DNA of 64,000 nt, from positions 4,094,001 through 4,158,000 of the forward strand of contig OZ076409.1 of assembly GCA_964187785.1 (NCBI GenBank), given 5' to 3'. Source of the stretch: Amphiscolops sp. MND2022 (lineage: Eukaryota). Positions 12,921 to 24,862 of the stretch are shown here, one piece after another. The translations under genes and the position numbers were made by a program. The notes beneath the pieces were generated by a model, which saw nothing but the letters and a program-made list of their open reading frames with translations, made no database searches and was not told the DNA's origin. Numbering within the stretch: the first letter of the stretch is position 1; every line of letters starts with the position of its first letter.

Positions 12921-13629
12921 AATGAACTGGGACACTGGACTAGGACTAGCGGTGTAAATACAGAATACGGTGAATCTGGATGACTGTCGTAATCAGGGAT
13001 GCAAATATAGAGAATATGAAAATGTAATGAATACAAATAAAGAAAAGGAAATGAAATTCTGCAACAATCTGGAGATTGAAAGTTGGAGTTCGTGGCTGAA
13101 GAAATTACCAGACTAATATTATGTGATTATCTACATATTTAAAACTGTACTTGGAGTCTGCCAGCGAAATGTACAAGGATTTTACATCATTTACAGCCTA
13201 TGTAGATGGTGGCCGATTATGGCCGTTTGCCTTAATTTGTTTTGCCGCTTTGTTCTGCTATCCCAGTTACCTTTAGTTAGAATTTCGCCATTTTGAATTA
13301 TTTAGAATTATTATTCTCGCCATTTTATTTATTCATTTTTCATTTTATTGTTGGACGATTCTGATTGGCTGAAGCCATTTTGGGAAGGTTTGGTGTCGCG
13401 AGCCGTTAATTACGTCAGGTTATCAAAGGCAATCGACCGTCAGCGGAATTCCATTCAGAAAAGTTTATGCCGGATTAGGATAATCAACCGAAATTTTAAC
13501 CGCCAAATTAGAAACTTCGGGAAAAGGCCTCATTCGGCTTACTCTGACGAGACGGTAAATTCATTCTAAATTCGACCCGGCTAGAGTCAAGTTGCTTGAT
13601 AAAACTCGCAAAATTGCTAGAAAATCATC

Positions 13630-14398
13630 ATGAATTAATTCAACAGAGCAAGGAATCTTTTTGGTTCCATAGACTTAAGCTCAGAATCTTCAGCTGATTC
13701 AGTGATCTACATAAGTAGTGACGAAGAAGCTTCCGATGGATGGGACTCAGACTGGTCAACAGACACTGAGGAAATGATAAAGAGGGTGGAAACGCAAGTG
13801 AAGGCCTGCCCTATACCATTAGCGGGAAGGAGAATGACAACCGCAACCGACGAACCGGGCACTAGTACTTCGTCCTCTGAAATGCAGATTAGACCTAAAC
13901 TGGGCAAGGCCTACTTTGATGAAAAACTCTGTTACGCGCCACCAAGAGGCAATGTGAAAAGGAGGATCGAACTGTGCAAGACAATTCTACCAGTTGCAGA
14001 ATCACCTATGTCGCCACTGCTCATGAGGGGGACCTTCTCAAGACACACCTTTATCGCAAGCCGAGAGTAGTAGATTTCATGCGTCTTACCAGATACAAGG
14101 CTCACTGCCCTATGCGGTTATTAGCACTCAAAGGTGCACCAGTTGAATGGTGTGTGGGAAATCAGTTGACGAGATCAAGGCCCAGAAGATAAAGAGGTAT
14201 ATGGAACTATCAACGCCACGGAGTGAGCCGGCGTATATCTCTGCACTCAGAAAGGAAGCGTACACAAACGGACTTAATGCAGGCAGTCTACTTTTTATAA
14301 CACCCGCTGTGTCGCAGGCTGCCGCCTGTGACGGTACCAAAATAGCTACGACGGCAAGCGAACAAGAAGTAGCACCCGGTACATTACCCATATACTAG
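13630..14398 (+). pseudogene. Sense 3' accessory ORF with acidic N-terminus and Cys/His motif, disrupted
   Basis: ORF pieces 13702-14070 (VIYISSDEEASDGWDSDWSTDTEE) and 14147-14398 (HCPM...VCG); the stop lies inside the terminal repeat. Confidence 0.55.
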
Positions 14399-15465
14399 GA
14401 ATTAAAACTCCATGAACTTTTTATATTGCTTTTACCTTGAGATACAAGGTTTTTGTAAATTAAACGGATACATTGCCTTATTGGGAACTATTCCCACATT
14501 TCAATATTACGATAAATGTTTCAATGATGTAAATCCTGGTTTTTTTTAGATTTTAGTTTAATTGTTCCGCATTAGTCTGTTAACGTGAATTTGCTATTCA
14601 CTGTGCTGTAACGATAAAGTCAATGCAAAGCTGAATAGAATTAACTGCAAGGCAAAAAGGAAACGAGTTCAAGTGAACACAACTCTGATTCCGGAAACGT
14701 CACTTGAGCTCAACATTCCAACCAATCACGTTGCTTCATTTTGTTTTACTGGTGCGACTTTAATATAATAGTGAAGGCGTAGTAAGGCCAATTGACTCAA
14801 GGTAATTATTTTAATCTACGCTTTGATCAAACGGCCGATTTCGGCTATTTCAAATAGACACAATGCTGCTACTTTAATTATGGTAGTAACCAACCTATGC
14901 TACTTTAATTGTGATCTTAGTACCAAATTATCGTCTTTGTGCTGTTCTGATGATTTAGTGAGGCTGATATTTCATTAATGGACGAATAAGGCATTTTGCC
15001 CCTTTTCTTCCAATGCTCATCCAATAATTTGGATTTGGCCAATTCCGGCCCTATTATGAAAACGCTGTATTTTACGCTATTATAGTAAATAGTATTGTGT
15101 TGAAGTATCCATAAGACTTTGCATCTATTTTCATTCTTAAGCGAACTCAACCTCACTCATGTGGAGGCACGTGCCGACACCTTTCTGTGAAGTTGAATGC
15201 GTCAAATTCCATTGTTGCATAGTAACACTTGTTGACACCCTAATAATGATGTTTTGTTAGTTATGTTGTTTGAAGTTGCGGTATGAGTTGAATACCTTTC
15301 AAAATTTTGTCTGCTAAATTCCCAGGATATGTAGAATATCGGGAAAATGTCATGTGCATTACATACCTTATGATATCAATCTTGACTAGAAATATGTGGA
15401 AAATGTGAGTGTCATCCACTCAGGGGTATAAATACCGGTGTTTAGCCTGCGTGGGACACAAATCA
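14309..15465 (+). repeat. Right copy of element 1 direct repeat
   Basis: Aligns end to end with 3641-4790. Confidence 0.9.
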
Positions 15466-18400
15466 TGTTGCGATCACGAATAATGTTGCAATTCGATGGT
15501 GATAGTGGTTTGCTGAAGATGGTATGATGAATTGGTGTATACCAGACTTTTCAACTCCCTTGTGTATCAACTGCGTAATCATTTTGTACGCGGTGGCTAA
15601 ATCGGGACATTCAGAAGTAGCAGTGAATGTCATCATTAGGAATCATGGGAGAAAAAATTTTGGTAGAAAATGTGGTTTTAAATAAAGGAAAAGACATCAT
15701 AATTTGATTAGCATATTTTGATAGATTTACTGTCAATGAGTTGATAGCGTTACTTTTTAATAAAGACTAAGAAAGCAACTGATCTAAAATTGACAGACTT
15801 CCCAGGTTTTTGATCTTTGCGAATCTGTGCAGATCTGCAGGATTTTTTCTGCAGGCCTCTGCAAACATCGTTGCACTGAATCTAGAAGATCCATATAGAT
15901 CTGCAGGATCTTTACAGAGGAGGGTAGATTTTCTTTAAAGATTTTTGCAGAAATACGTTTCCTGCAGCTTCTAAGGAACCAATATACTGCATTTTTGGAC
16001 TTCTTTAACTACTTCATCAACTGTTTTAGTTGACCAAGGCTCAGTCGGTTGATCAGTAAAAATTCTCAAGAAGGAAAATTTGTCCCCATCACAGTAGTTT
16101 TGATGACTGGAGAATGCGCCGTATCAGTTATACACCGTAATTTATCCATTTCACTTGAACTTTCCAGAAGTGGTTGTTGAACTTTGGGGAGCTCGTTTGC
16201 GTCCTTGACTTCGTTTTGACGGATGAAATTTGACATGTGGCAACCTTCTGGGTTGGTAGATGTGTTGATAAAGTGTTGTTGTTGTAATATTTCCGGAACA
16301 TGGCTTGTTGGAGTAATTTAAATAACTTCTGGTAACTCGGAATACGTTATAGTAATATATTGGCCATTGTTTGGATCTGTAAAGATCTGTAAAGATCTTC
16401 AAAACTCTACAGATCTGTACAGATTACTGCAGAAAAATGTTTCATCATTTTGCCATAAATTAGATTTCTCTCGAGTTTCAAACATTTTTATTATTCGTTT
16501 GACATTGCTGTGGGGTTTTTATTGTGTTGCTAAGTAGGTCGTTTTTCTTCGAATCTGCACATATCCGCAAAGATCTACAAAAATCCTGCAAGGACTTGTG
16601 GTTTGAAAAAGAAAAGCAGGAGATTTTGTGATTTAAGTTGATCATAAGATGGGTTAGAATAGCTAGGTGTGATGTGGCAAGACAACGTATTCACAGTTCC
16701 CAAGGCAACATTTGTAATAGTTTTTAGTAGGCGCGTTTTCCTTTTAAAGAGAAATGCCCTATTATAGCAGTGACTTTTTTCTTCAGACTACAATCCTCGC
16801 ACTGATCGGCCCACTTGTTAGAAACAATACTGTGATATACCTATACTTTATAATCGATCATCCCCTCTCCACTCATTTGTTGATTGTCTACACGTAGCTA
16901 ATGTATCTTGAAAAAAATAATGTATCTCATTCATATTCAAAACCATACCTACACTCTAAACTAATTATCTGATATTTAACCGCTCACAATTCTAATAAAG
17001 TCTTCACCATCCAGTTGTCATCCTCTCTAAAAGACCTAATATCTGCATCTCTATAAGCGTCCTCTTAAAGTACTTAACATCCCGTCTCTGAAATAATCTT
17101 ATTTTACGCTATTATAGTAAATAGTATTGTGTTGAAGTATCCATAAGACTTTGCATCTATTTTCATTCTTAAGCGAACTCAACCTCACTCATGTGGAGGC
17201 ACGTGCCGACACCTTTCTGTGAAGTTGAATGCGTCAAATTCCATTGTTGCATAGTAACACTTGTTGACACCCTAAAAATGATGTTTTGTTAGTTATGTTG
17301 TTTGAAGTTGCGGTATGAGTTAAATACCTTTCAAAATTTTGTCTGCTAAATTCCCAGGATATGTAGAATATTGGGAAAATGTCATGTGCATTACATATCT
17401 TATGATATCAATCTTGACTAGAAATATGTGGAAAATGTGAGTGTCATCCACTCAGGGGAATAAATACCGGTGTTTAGCCTGCGTGGGACACAAATCATGT
17501 TGCGATCACGAATAATGTTGCAATTCGATGGTGATAGTGGTTTGCTGAAGATGGTATGATGAATCGGTGTATACCAGACTTTTCAACTCCCTTGTGTATC
17601 AACTGCGTAATCATATTGTACGCGGTGGCTAAATCGGGACATTCAGAAGTAGCAGTGAATGTCATCATTAGGAATCATGGCAGAAAAAATTTTGGTAGAA
17701 AATGTGGTTTTAAATAAAGGAAAAGACATCATAATTTGATTAGCATATTTTGATAGATTTACTGTCAATGAGTTGATAGCGTTACTTTTTAATAAAGTCC
17801 ATGAAAGCAACTGATCTAAAATTGACAGACTTCCCAGGTTTTTGATCTTTGCGAATCTGTGCAGATCTGCAGGATTTTTTCTGCAGGCCTCTGCAAACAT
17901 CGTTGCACTGAATCTAGAAGATCCATATAGATCTGCAGGATCTTTACAGAGGAGGGTAGATTTTCTTTAAAGATTTTTGCAGAAATACGTTTTCCTGCAG
18001 CTTCTAAGGAACCAATATACTGCATTTTTGGACTTCTTTAACTACTTCATCAACTGTTTTAGTTGACTAAGGCTCAGTCGGTTGATCACTAAAAATTCTC
18101 AAGAAGGAAAATTTGTCCCCATCACAGTAGTTTTGATGACTGGAGAATGCGCCGTATCTGTTATACACCGTAATTTATCCATTTCACTTGAACTTTCCAG
18201 AAAGGGTTGTTGAACTTTGGGGAGCTCGTTTGCCTCCTTGACTTCGTTTGGACGGATGAAATTTGATTTGTGGCAAACTTCTGGGTTGGTAGATGTGTTG
18301 ATAAAGTGTTGTTGTTGTAATATTTCCGGAACATGGATTGTTGGAGTAATTTAAATAACTTCTGGTAACTCGGAATACGTTATAGTAATTTATTGGCCAT

Positions 18401-19150
18401 TGTTTGGATCTGTAAAGATCTGTAAAGATCTGCAAAACTCTACAGATCTGTTCAGATTACTGCAGAAAAATGTTTAATCATTTTGCCATAAATTAGATTT
18501 CTCTCGAGTTTTAAACATTTTTATTATTCGTTTGACATTGCTGTGGGGTTTCTATTGTGTTTCTAAGTAGATCATTTTTCTTCGATTCTGCACATATTCG
18601 CGAAGATCTACAAAAATCCTGCAAGGACTTGTGGGTTGAAAAAGAAGAGCAGGAAATTTTGTGATTTAAGTTTATCATAAGATGGGTTAGTATAGCTAGG
18701 TGTGATGTGGCAAGACAACGTATTCACAGTTCCCAAGGCAACATTTGTAGAATTGGGGGAAAAACTTGTAATAGTTTTTATTAGGCGCGTTTTCCTTTTA
18801 GGGAAAAATGCCCTATTATAGCAGTGACTTTTTTTAGACTACAATCCTCGCACTGATCGGCCCTCTTGTTAGAAACAATAATGTGATATACCTATACTTT
18901 ATAATCGATCATCCCCTCTCCACTCATTTGTTGATTGTCTAAACGTACCTAATGTATCTTGAAAAAAATAATGTATCTCATTTATATTCAAAACCATACT
19001 TACACTCTAAACTAATTATCTGATATTTAACCGCTCACAACTCTAATAAAGTCTTCACCATCCAGTTGTCATCCTCTCTAAAAGACCTAATATCTGCAGT
19101 TCTATAAGCGTCCTCTTAAAGTACTTAGCATCCCGTCTCTGAAATAATCT
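15068..19150. repeat. Tandem segmental duplication, two ~2.04-kb units (15068-17099 and 17100-19150)
   Basis: TATTTTACGCTATTATAG...CCCGTCTCTGAAATAATCT occurs twice head to tail; the second copy has a ~20-nt insertion near 18750; paralogous ORFs at 16151 and 18184. Confidence 0.95.
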
Positions 19151-19243
19151 GAAATAAAGAAATAACGTCAAATCTAAAAACAAGTACTTCATCTGGTGGG
19201 ACCAAAGCATCTCCTTCTATCCTTCCCTTTTTCTACAACTTTC

Positions 19244-19602
19244 TGTACTAATCACAACGCCGTGATTCGACCAAAAGTCGGTAAAAAATACAAATTGTTC
19301 TGGACTAACCATCTTTCAAAATGGTTCGACCTCGAAGTCGGTACATCTCAAACTTCTGTACTAATCACAAAACAGTGATATAGCTTTTTGCTTTTTTGCT
19401 AGTACAACTTAACCTTCTGTACTAATCACAAAAAAGTGATTCAGCTTCGTGCTGGTATAAGTGTTTTCTGTACTCATCAAGTTGGTTCGACTCTTGTCAG
19501 CACAGTATAAGTACTAACCTTCTTTGATTCGACATTTTGTTGGTACACCCTTTTCTGTACTAACCAAATTTCTCTTTTTGGTTCAACTTTTTTGTTGGTA
19601 CA
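19244..19602 (+). ncRNA. Array of seven predicted three-way-junction RNA motifs (cis-element candidate)
   Basis: Consensus TGTACT-AAYCA-loop-TGRTT-CGAC-loop-GTCG-GTACA, with compensatory changes between units and variable loops. Confidence 0.7.
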
Positions 19603-20454
19603 ACTCATTTCCATATCTTTTGTATAACTTTAATGCCTTCTCTAAATGATTCAGTTAGTATTTCAAAGATCATTTTATACCTTGTTGGCCTACTTGCGAT
19701 TGTCCTTTTCGTTGTCGACAAATTTAGAATTGGTTTCTTTCCCAGATAAATCTTTTTCAACTCTAACCATTGTTCCTCACCGAAAATCTTGCAACTATAA
19801 TCGTTTTTGTTTCATACATTTTTGCCCCGCTTGTTTTTCTTATGCTCCTCGTTGGAACAATAATCACTTCTCTTTTCCACTATTTTCCCAATCACACATA
19901 CCCTTTCCCCATCTTATCTCTTCATAAACTCTATCTTTTTCATATCTCACTCAATTTTAGTATAATCAACTCCTCCTTTATTTAACCACAACTCCATCAA
20001 AATTTCAACTGCTCTCGTTTCATCTATTTATGTTCCTCTTTCAAAGAGAAGTTCTCTTACACTCAAATCCTTTTATCGCTCTTTCGCAACTCCTCATAAC
20101 CACATTTTTCATTCTTCTTTCAAAACCATGTTTTCACTCTTTTCTCTTTCCCCTCACTAAAATCTGTTCCTCAAACTCCACAGATATTTTTATCCACCCC
20201 CAATTGAACCATTGAACCTTCTATTCACCCTGACGTCATTTTTGATAGTGTTTGGTTGACTTATTACCCTCATCGTCATTCATGAAGGATGACCCACCTC
20301 CTCCTTTAATTCCACTTCTTTTCTCTTGATGATTCTCAGAAAGAGTCTACCCACATTGTTGCAACCGTGTTGCAAGTTACTATAGAAGAGATGTGCTAAT
20401 GTAAGATATCGAATCAATTACTTATCGTTATTACACGAAGAAGTATGAAAACAT

Positions 20455-20890
20455 TTTCTACCGATATTGAAAATCGGAAAAAAAGCTTTGGTTAGTTGAG
20501 AACGTCTACCGACGCAAACTCGAACCAGATGGTCAGTAGAAAAGAAAGCCGAAAGTTGAAAGAAAAAAAGACGAACTGGTTTCAACCAGTTTAAGTACTG
20601 GTGTTTTGATTTGATTTAGCTGGAATTATCAAGTTATATTTTAGATCAAGATGGTTAGCGTTGAAGTCGACAACTTGAGACGCTAACAGAGCTGCACGTA
20701 TTAGGTCTAGAAAACAGCTGTGGTGGTGAAGAATTTATTGTCGGTCTGTATATATTATAAATCAGAAGTGCTTTAAAGTTTTTTGTTAAGGTAAAAAGTA
20801 TTTACGTCGTACATCTGGATAAATGGTAGACAAAAAATAATATGGCAGACAATGTATATGAGAGTAGATCACAAGTGAATGAGTGGAGGT
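20455..20890 (-). repeat. Inverted diverged copy of the leader plus 1-2 junction units of the gag-less family
   Basis: CTAACAGAGCTGCACGTATTAGGTCTA matches 45937-45962 and the reverse complement of ~17030 and ~19085; the unit TCTACT-GACCA-tc-TGGTT-CGAG-tttgc-GTCG-GTAGA is on the minus strand at 20505-20540. Confidence 0.7.
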
Positions 20891-21843
20891 GAAGTAAAAG
20901 TTATTTTGAAGTTGTATCACTGTTTTAATACCCTTAATACTTCCAATAAAACTTTAGGATAAATAAAAGGGAGCTGTTATGGAATTCTTCACAATTTAGG
21001 CCAAAATTTTGCAAAAAAGCGAACCACTTAGATCCACTCCTTGATCAGGTGAAAAAATTTAATAATGAATGTGACATTGACGAACGTTGTGTATAATGCG
21101 TTGACAAAGAGACAGAAAGATATATATTTTTTTGTTTTTAATTTTCTAATCGTTGGAACGGTTTCTCGATTCGGGGCGAGGTTAGTTAGTCTTTACAGCA
21201 AATATTTGAATAGAAAACTACTTGCTTCCCTTGAAAAACGGTTTTTTAAAACTGAGAAAGTATACTCCAGCTGAGAAAGTATACTATTCCATGTATCCCT
21301 CACTTCTGAAACTTCAGAAATTAAGATACTTTATCCAAATTGTAAACATTTATAGATTTTCATGCCACCGTAAACCCGCCATGATAACAGACAGTTAGTA
21401 TTGCCGCTTTGAAAACATACAAGAGAAACGATACTCAATTAACTGTCTGGCACCATGCCGATTTATTTGAAGAAAAAAACAAAAGTGCCAAGGTTCATTT
21501 TCCGATGTTTGGGGGTTAAAGGTGTGCATTGGGGGCATTTTTTAAGTGTGCGAAAGGTTTCCGCTGAAATTTCCAGTTTCAACAGAGTGTGAAGTTCTGA
21601 TCGGGATCTACTTCATCCGTTTGCGGCTGCTTCACGAAAAGTGTCGATGTAGATCACAAAACCGCTTTGAACGTGTTTTGCCGGACTTCTGGTCCAAGTT
21701 GAATTCCGATGTAACAAAAAACACGATGCAGATTAAGCTATTGATGCACAAATTTTCGGAACAAACCGTGTTCGAAAATTGTTTGTACAATGGACTCTTT
21801 ACCCAAAAATTGTGTGTAAAGAATCTCGACCCCTTTTACTAAC

Positions 21844-22047
21844 CAACAGTGTAGCCGATTATCTCGACTTCACAAAAGCCCAGTGTGTGGTACTTGTGTC
21901 TGATTTGAACTTCATTGCCAGTTATGAATCCACCCAGACAGTAGACTCCTGCCCAAGTACCGGGTTTTGTTGACGTCATCACCCCACAAGGTAGGCATTG
22001 AATGCCGTGAGAACACACATCAACCCAGAGTCCTTCCACTTCAAAGG
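21844..22047 (-). CDS. Candidate host exon: C-terminal half of an F5/8 type C / fucolectin-like domain
   Basis: ctgatttcAG acceptor, GTTAGT donor, 204 nt, phase 1-1; ends LGFCEVEIIGY like the L.LCEVEV.G signature. Confidence 0.6.
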
Positions 22048-22381
22048 CTGAAATCAGATACACTCCCAGACTGAACTTGCGAAAAAAAGACGCTTTGATT
22101 CTGAAGTGACAAAACGGGCATACGAAAAACAATTTTTGGAAGAATATGTTCAGATTTTTTTCAGTCTTCCATAGAGAAACAAATTGATCCAAACTAGAGT
22201 GAAAATTCATTGCTGCACTCCCACTGGAGTTAGGAATAAAAACCGATAGGATAAGAAAACCGCTTCAGATCTAACATTTCAATTGGACCTGGTAAACTAC
22301 AAACTCGGGTGAACCACAAACGAACTAATAGGTTCTATTCAGTCTACCTTATACCTCAAGACATTGCCCGTATTATCTTAC

Positions 22382-22606
22382 CAATCTGCAAGGTCATGAT
22401 GTTGATATGACTGACAATTGACCATGGAATTTCCAAACTGACCCACGATTCGCCAGCTCCTGCGGTCGATAAGTAGCACTCGGACTCACTTTTCCCATAC
22501 ACACCGTCAATCGCCTTATCGATCGAACTCGCATTTCTAATCCACGCAGACGAAAACTCGCCGCCTCTGCGTACCTCCACTCTCCGTATCTCCTCCTTGA
22601 CTAATT
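22382..22606 (-). CDS. Candidate host exon: N-terminal half of an F5/8 type C / fucolectin-like domain
   Basis: AG acceptor, GTAAGA donor, 225 nt, phase 1-1; KAIDG...C..T....SWVSLEI...VSHINI. Confidence 0.62.
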
Positions 22607-23299
22607 CTATACACAATTTACAGTATCTAACGAACGTTGTTAATAATAACCTCAAAGATTGAATGAGAGAAACGAAAGAGTTGAGATTAATGAATTGCTG
22701 TTCTGTTTGAATGATTTTGAGTCTCTTTCAATTTTTGGACAGAGGTGGTTTTCACGGGAGTGTTTGTAAGGTAATTGTCTATAGATGTTCATTTTGATAT
22801 TTTCTTCTTTTAATTTCTCCTCCTTTACGTAGAGTTCGAAAAATAACAATTTCATGTCAGCAGAAACTTAGTTTCAACATTATCTTGAGCAAATTCATTA
22901 TTCTTGCTCTTGTATTGAAGTAAGATACATTTTCAACATCTCATATTTTACATCATTTTAGATCAGATCGTCGAAAGGTTTGAGTGTCGTTTGAGTGACA
23001 GCTGTTCATGTGAAATAAGTGTAGATTTCAAGCGAACTAAGCATTAACCATTATAAACGAAAACAATTTCAGATTCAATAATGATTGCAGTTTCTTTATT
23101 TGTTGGCAAATGGGCGACATGGTGAAAAAGCTCCACAAAAAAGTGTCACTGTTTTTCAACATTAGTTCACAGTTGACGGGTGTTGAGTTTTTTGACGGAT
23201 TGGATTACAAATTCGTTTTAGTGAAATTCACCGAGTGAAGTGACTCGGCTTCTAATTTAACTGAAAAAACTGGATATTTGAAATGAGTTGTTGTTAGAA

Positions 23300-24018
23300 T
23301 TTATCCTAGAAAGAGGAGAAGTGGTTATTATGTTATTAAAAAGGCATCAAAAACTTATCGTTATGATAGAAATTTACTACAAACTTAAATACAAAATTTG
23401 CACAAAACATGGAACAAAATATTTTGTGGTACTATGCATAGTAGTCAGGGACGGGAGAGGAGGAGGAAAAATAGGCTGGGCTTGAGGGACTAAAAAGATT
23501 AACAGCAATTAAATTATTTGGGGAATTGCGATCGATGAAAACTTTGAGGTTAGGGTTCTTTTGAGATAAAGGACGAAGATGATTATACTGCAATTGTGAT
23601 TGGTGGGAAACTTGGATAAATAAGGGTTTCAACCTGTGAGAAGAAGCCGTTTTTGCTAGCACAGAACGAGAAGGGTGAACTTGAAAGTAAGTGTACAAGT
23701 TCATTTATAATAAGAGCCATGTTTGAAAAGTCTAAAATCAGTGATAATTTTGAGAGTCTAAACATTGGTCACAGTTTTTAAGGGCTTCATTGTAGTTATA
23801 GAGCTTTTGTTTACCGATTACATAGATTACAATTCGTTTTGTGATGGAGCCAGCCTCACCGGGGGGCAACTAATGTTTCTGTGGATGACGATGCTTTTGT
23901 GTTTGAAGAGGGGCTGTGAGACGACAGACAGCAGCGCATAATTGAATTTCAGCGTTTTTGCAGTGGGCATCTTGAGGCAGTGGAGACATTAAAGTAGTAG
24001 ATGGATTGGAAGGAGAGC
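23300..24018 (-). mobile_element. 3' remnant of an old related element that was the target of the 18.7-kb insertion
   Basis: QLQYNHLRP in ORF 23432-23704 matches SLQYNFLRP of the 430-aa ORF; same strand as the decayed pol on the other side of the TSD. Confidence 0.5.
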
Positions 24019-24022
24019 TAAA

Positions 24023-24291
24023 TGTACTGACCTACATTAATAACCAATAGTATTTAGATGTTTATAGAATGTTCTAGAATGTACATTTATTTGTTATTGA
24101 ATGATTGTAAATCTCTACTCCTTCAGAGAGAGAAAACTAATAATCAGTTTTCAGTTGACTTCCTTTTAGTTCTGCTCCTGACACCTCGAACTAGTAGTAA
24201 TAAAGTAAGCTAGCTAGCCTGTCTCTCAGCCGCTTTTAGTAGTTGCGTATAAGACCATCCAAAGAACTAACCAACCATTAAAAGCAGCACA
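24023..24291 (+). repeat. 5' LTR of element 2
   Basis: TGTACTGACC...AGCAGCACA; contains AATAAA; I count 7 substitutions relative to the 3' LTR. Confidence 0.96.
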
Positions 24292-24294
24292 ATT

Positions 24295-24310
24295 TGGTGC
24301 GACTTGTAAA
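24295..24310 (+). promoter_or_regulatory. Primer-binding site (tRNA identity not assigned)
   Basis: TGGTGCGACTTG starts 3 nt after the LTR end. Confidence 0.65.
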
Positions 24311-24531
24311 ATTTTTTTTTGCCTTTTCTCCTGGATGATTTCTCTCCTCTCAACAATCATACAAATACCACTCTCCATCTTTGAAATTCTCTGGAATTGC
24401 AGTGAAATCTTTCTAGAATTTCTTGAAAGTTTAGTCTGTGATTTTCTGAACTTCATCAATAAATACATCATCGTTCGAAACACAATTTCTCCACTACAAC
24501 AAATAATTTAAATATAACAAATTTTCTTCAC

Positions 24532-24862
24532 TACCGGTTTATCACGTTTTCTAACACGTTGACACGGTTCTTCCTCCTGTTCTTTTAGCCATACCGGTTT
24601 ATCACGTTTTCCAATACGTTGAAACGGTTTCATTTCGTACTGATTTATCCATTGTGACACAGTTCTGTTTTTCTTCTTTTTCCAGACTGATGTATCCAAA
24701 GTGACACAGTTCTGTTCTCTATACTGATTTAACACAGCTAATCCGGAAGCTTGTTGAAACAGTTCTTTGATGTTTGTCTGGTTTATCAAAGTTTTCTAAC
24801 ACCTTTGACACAGCAACATTTGTCTGGTTTATCAAGGTTTTCTAACACCTTTGACACAGCAA
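24532..24862 (+). ncRNA. Leader array of seven predicted hairpins with a conserved asymmetric internal loop
   Basis: Units (A)CYG-RTTTA-TCA-[variable stem-loop]-TGA-MA-CRG(T), with ACCG/CGGT versus ACTG/CAGT covariation. Confidence 0.62.

Larger units (their letters stand above)
3641..15465 (+). mobile_element. Decayed Ty3/Gypsy retrotransposon (element 1) with 3' accessory ORFs
   Basis: gag remnant with CCHC knuckle, PR-RT-RH-IN order, flanked by ~1.15-kb direct repeats; many stops and frameshifts. Confidence 0.9.

Noticed and set aside
15466..16860. Possible transposase or gene in the AGATCT-rich block
   Set aside because: Only short ORFs without recognisable catalytic motifs or termini; left unassigned.
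19244..19602. CRISPR array, tRNA cluster or hammerhead ribozyme interpretation of the junction array
   Set aside because: Repeats are not identical, linkers are only about 5-17 nt, there are no cas genes, units are too short for tRNA and lack the T-loop, and there is no CUGAUGA/GAAA core.
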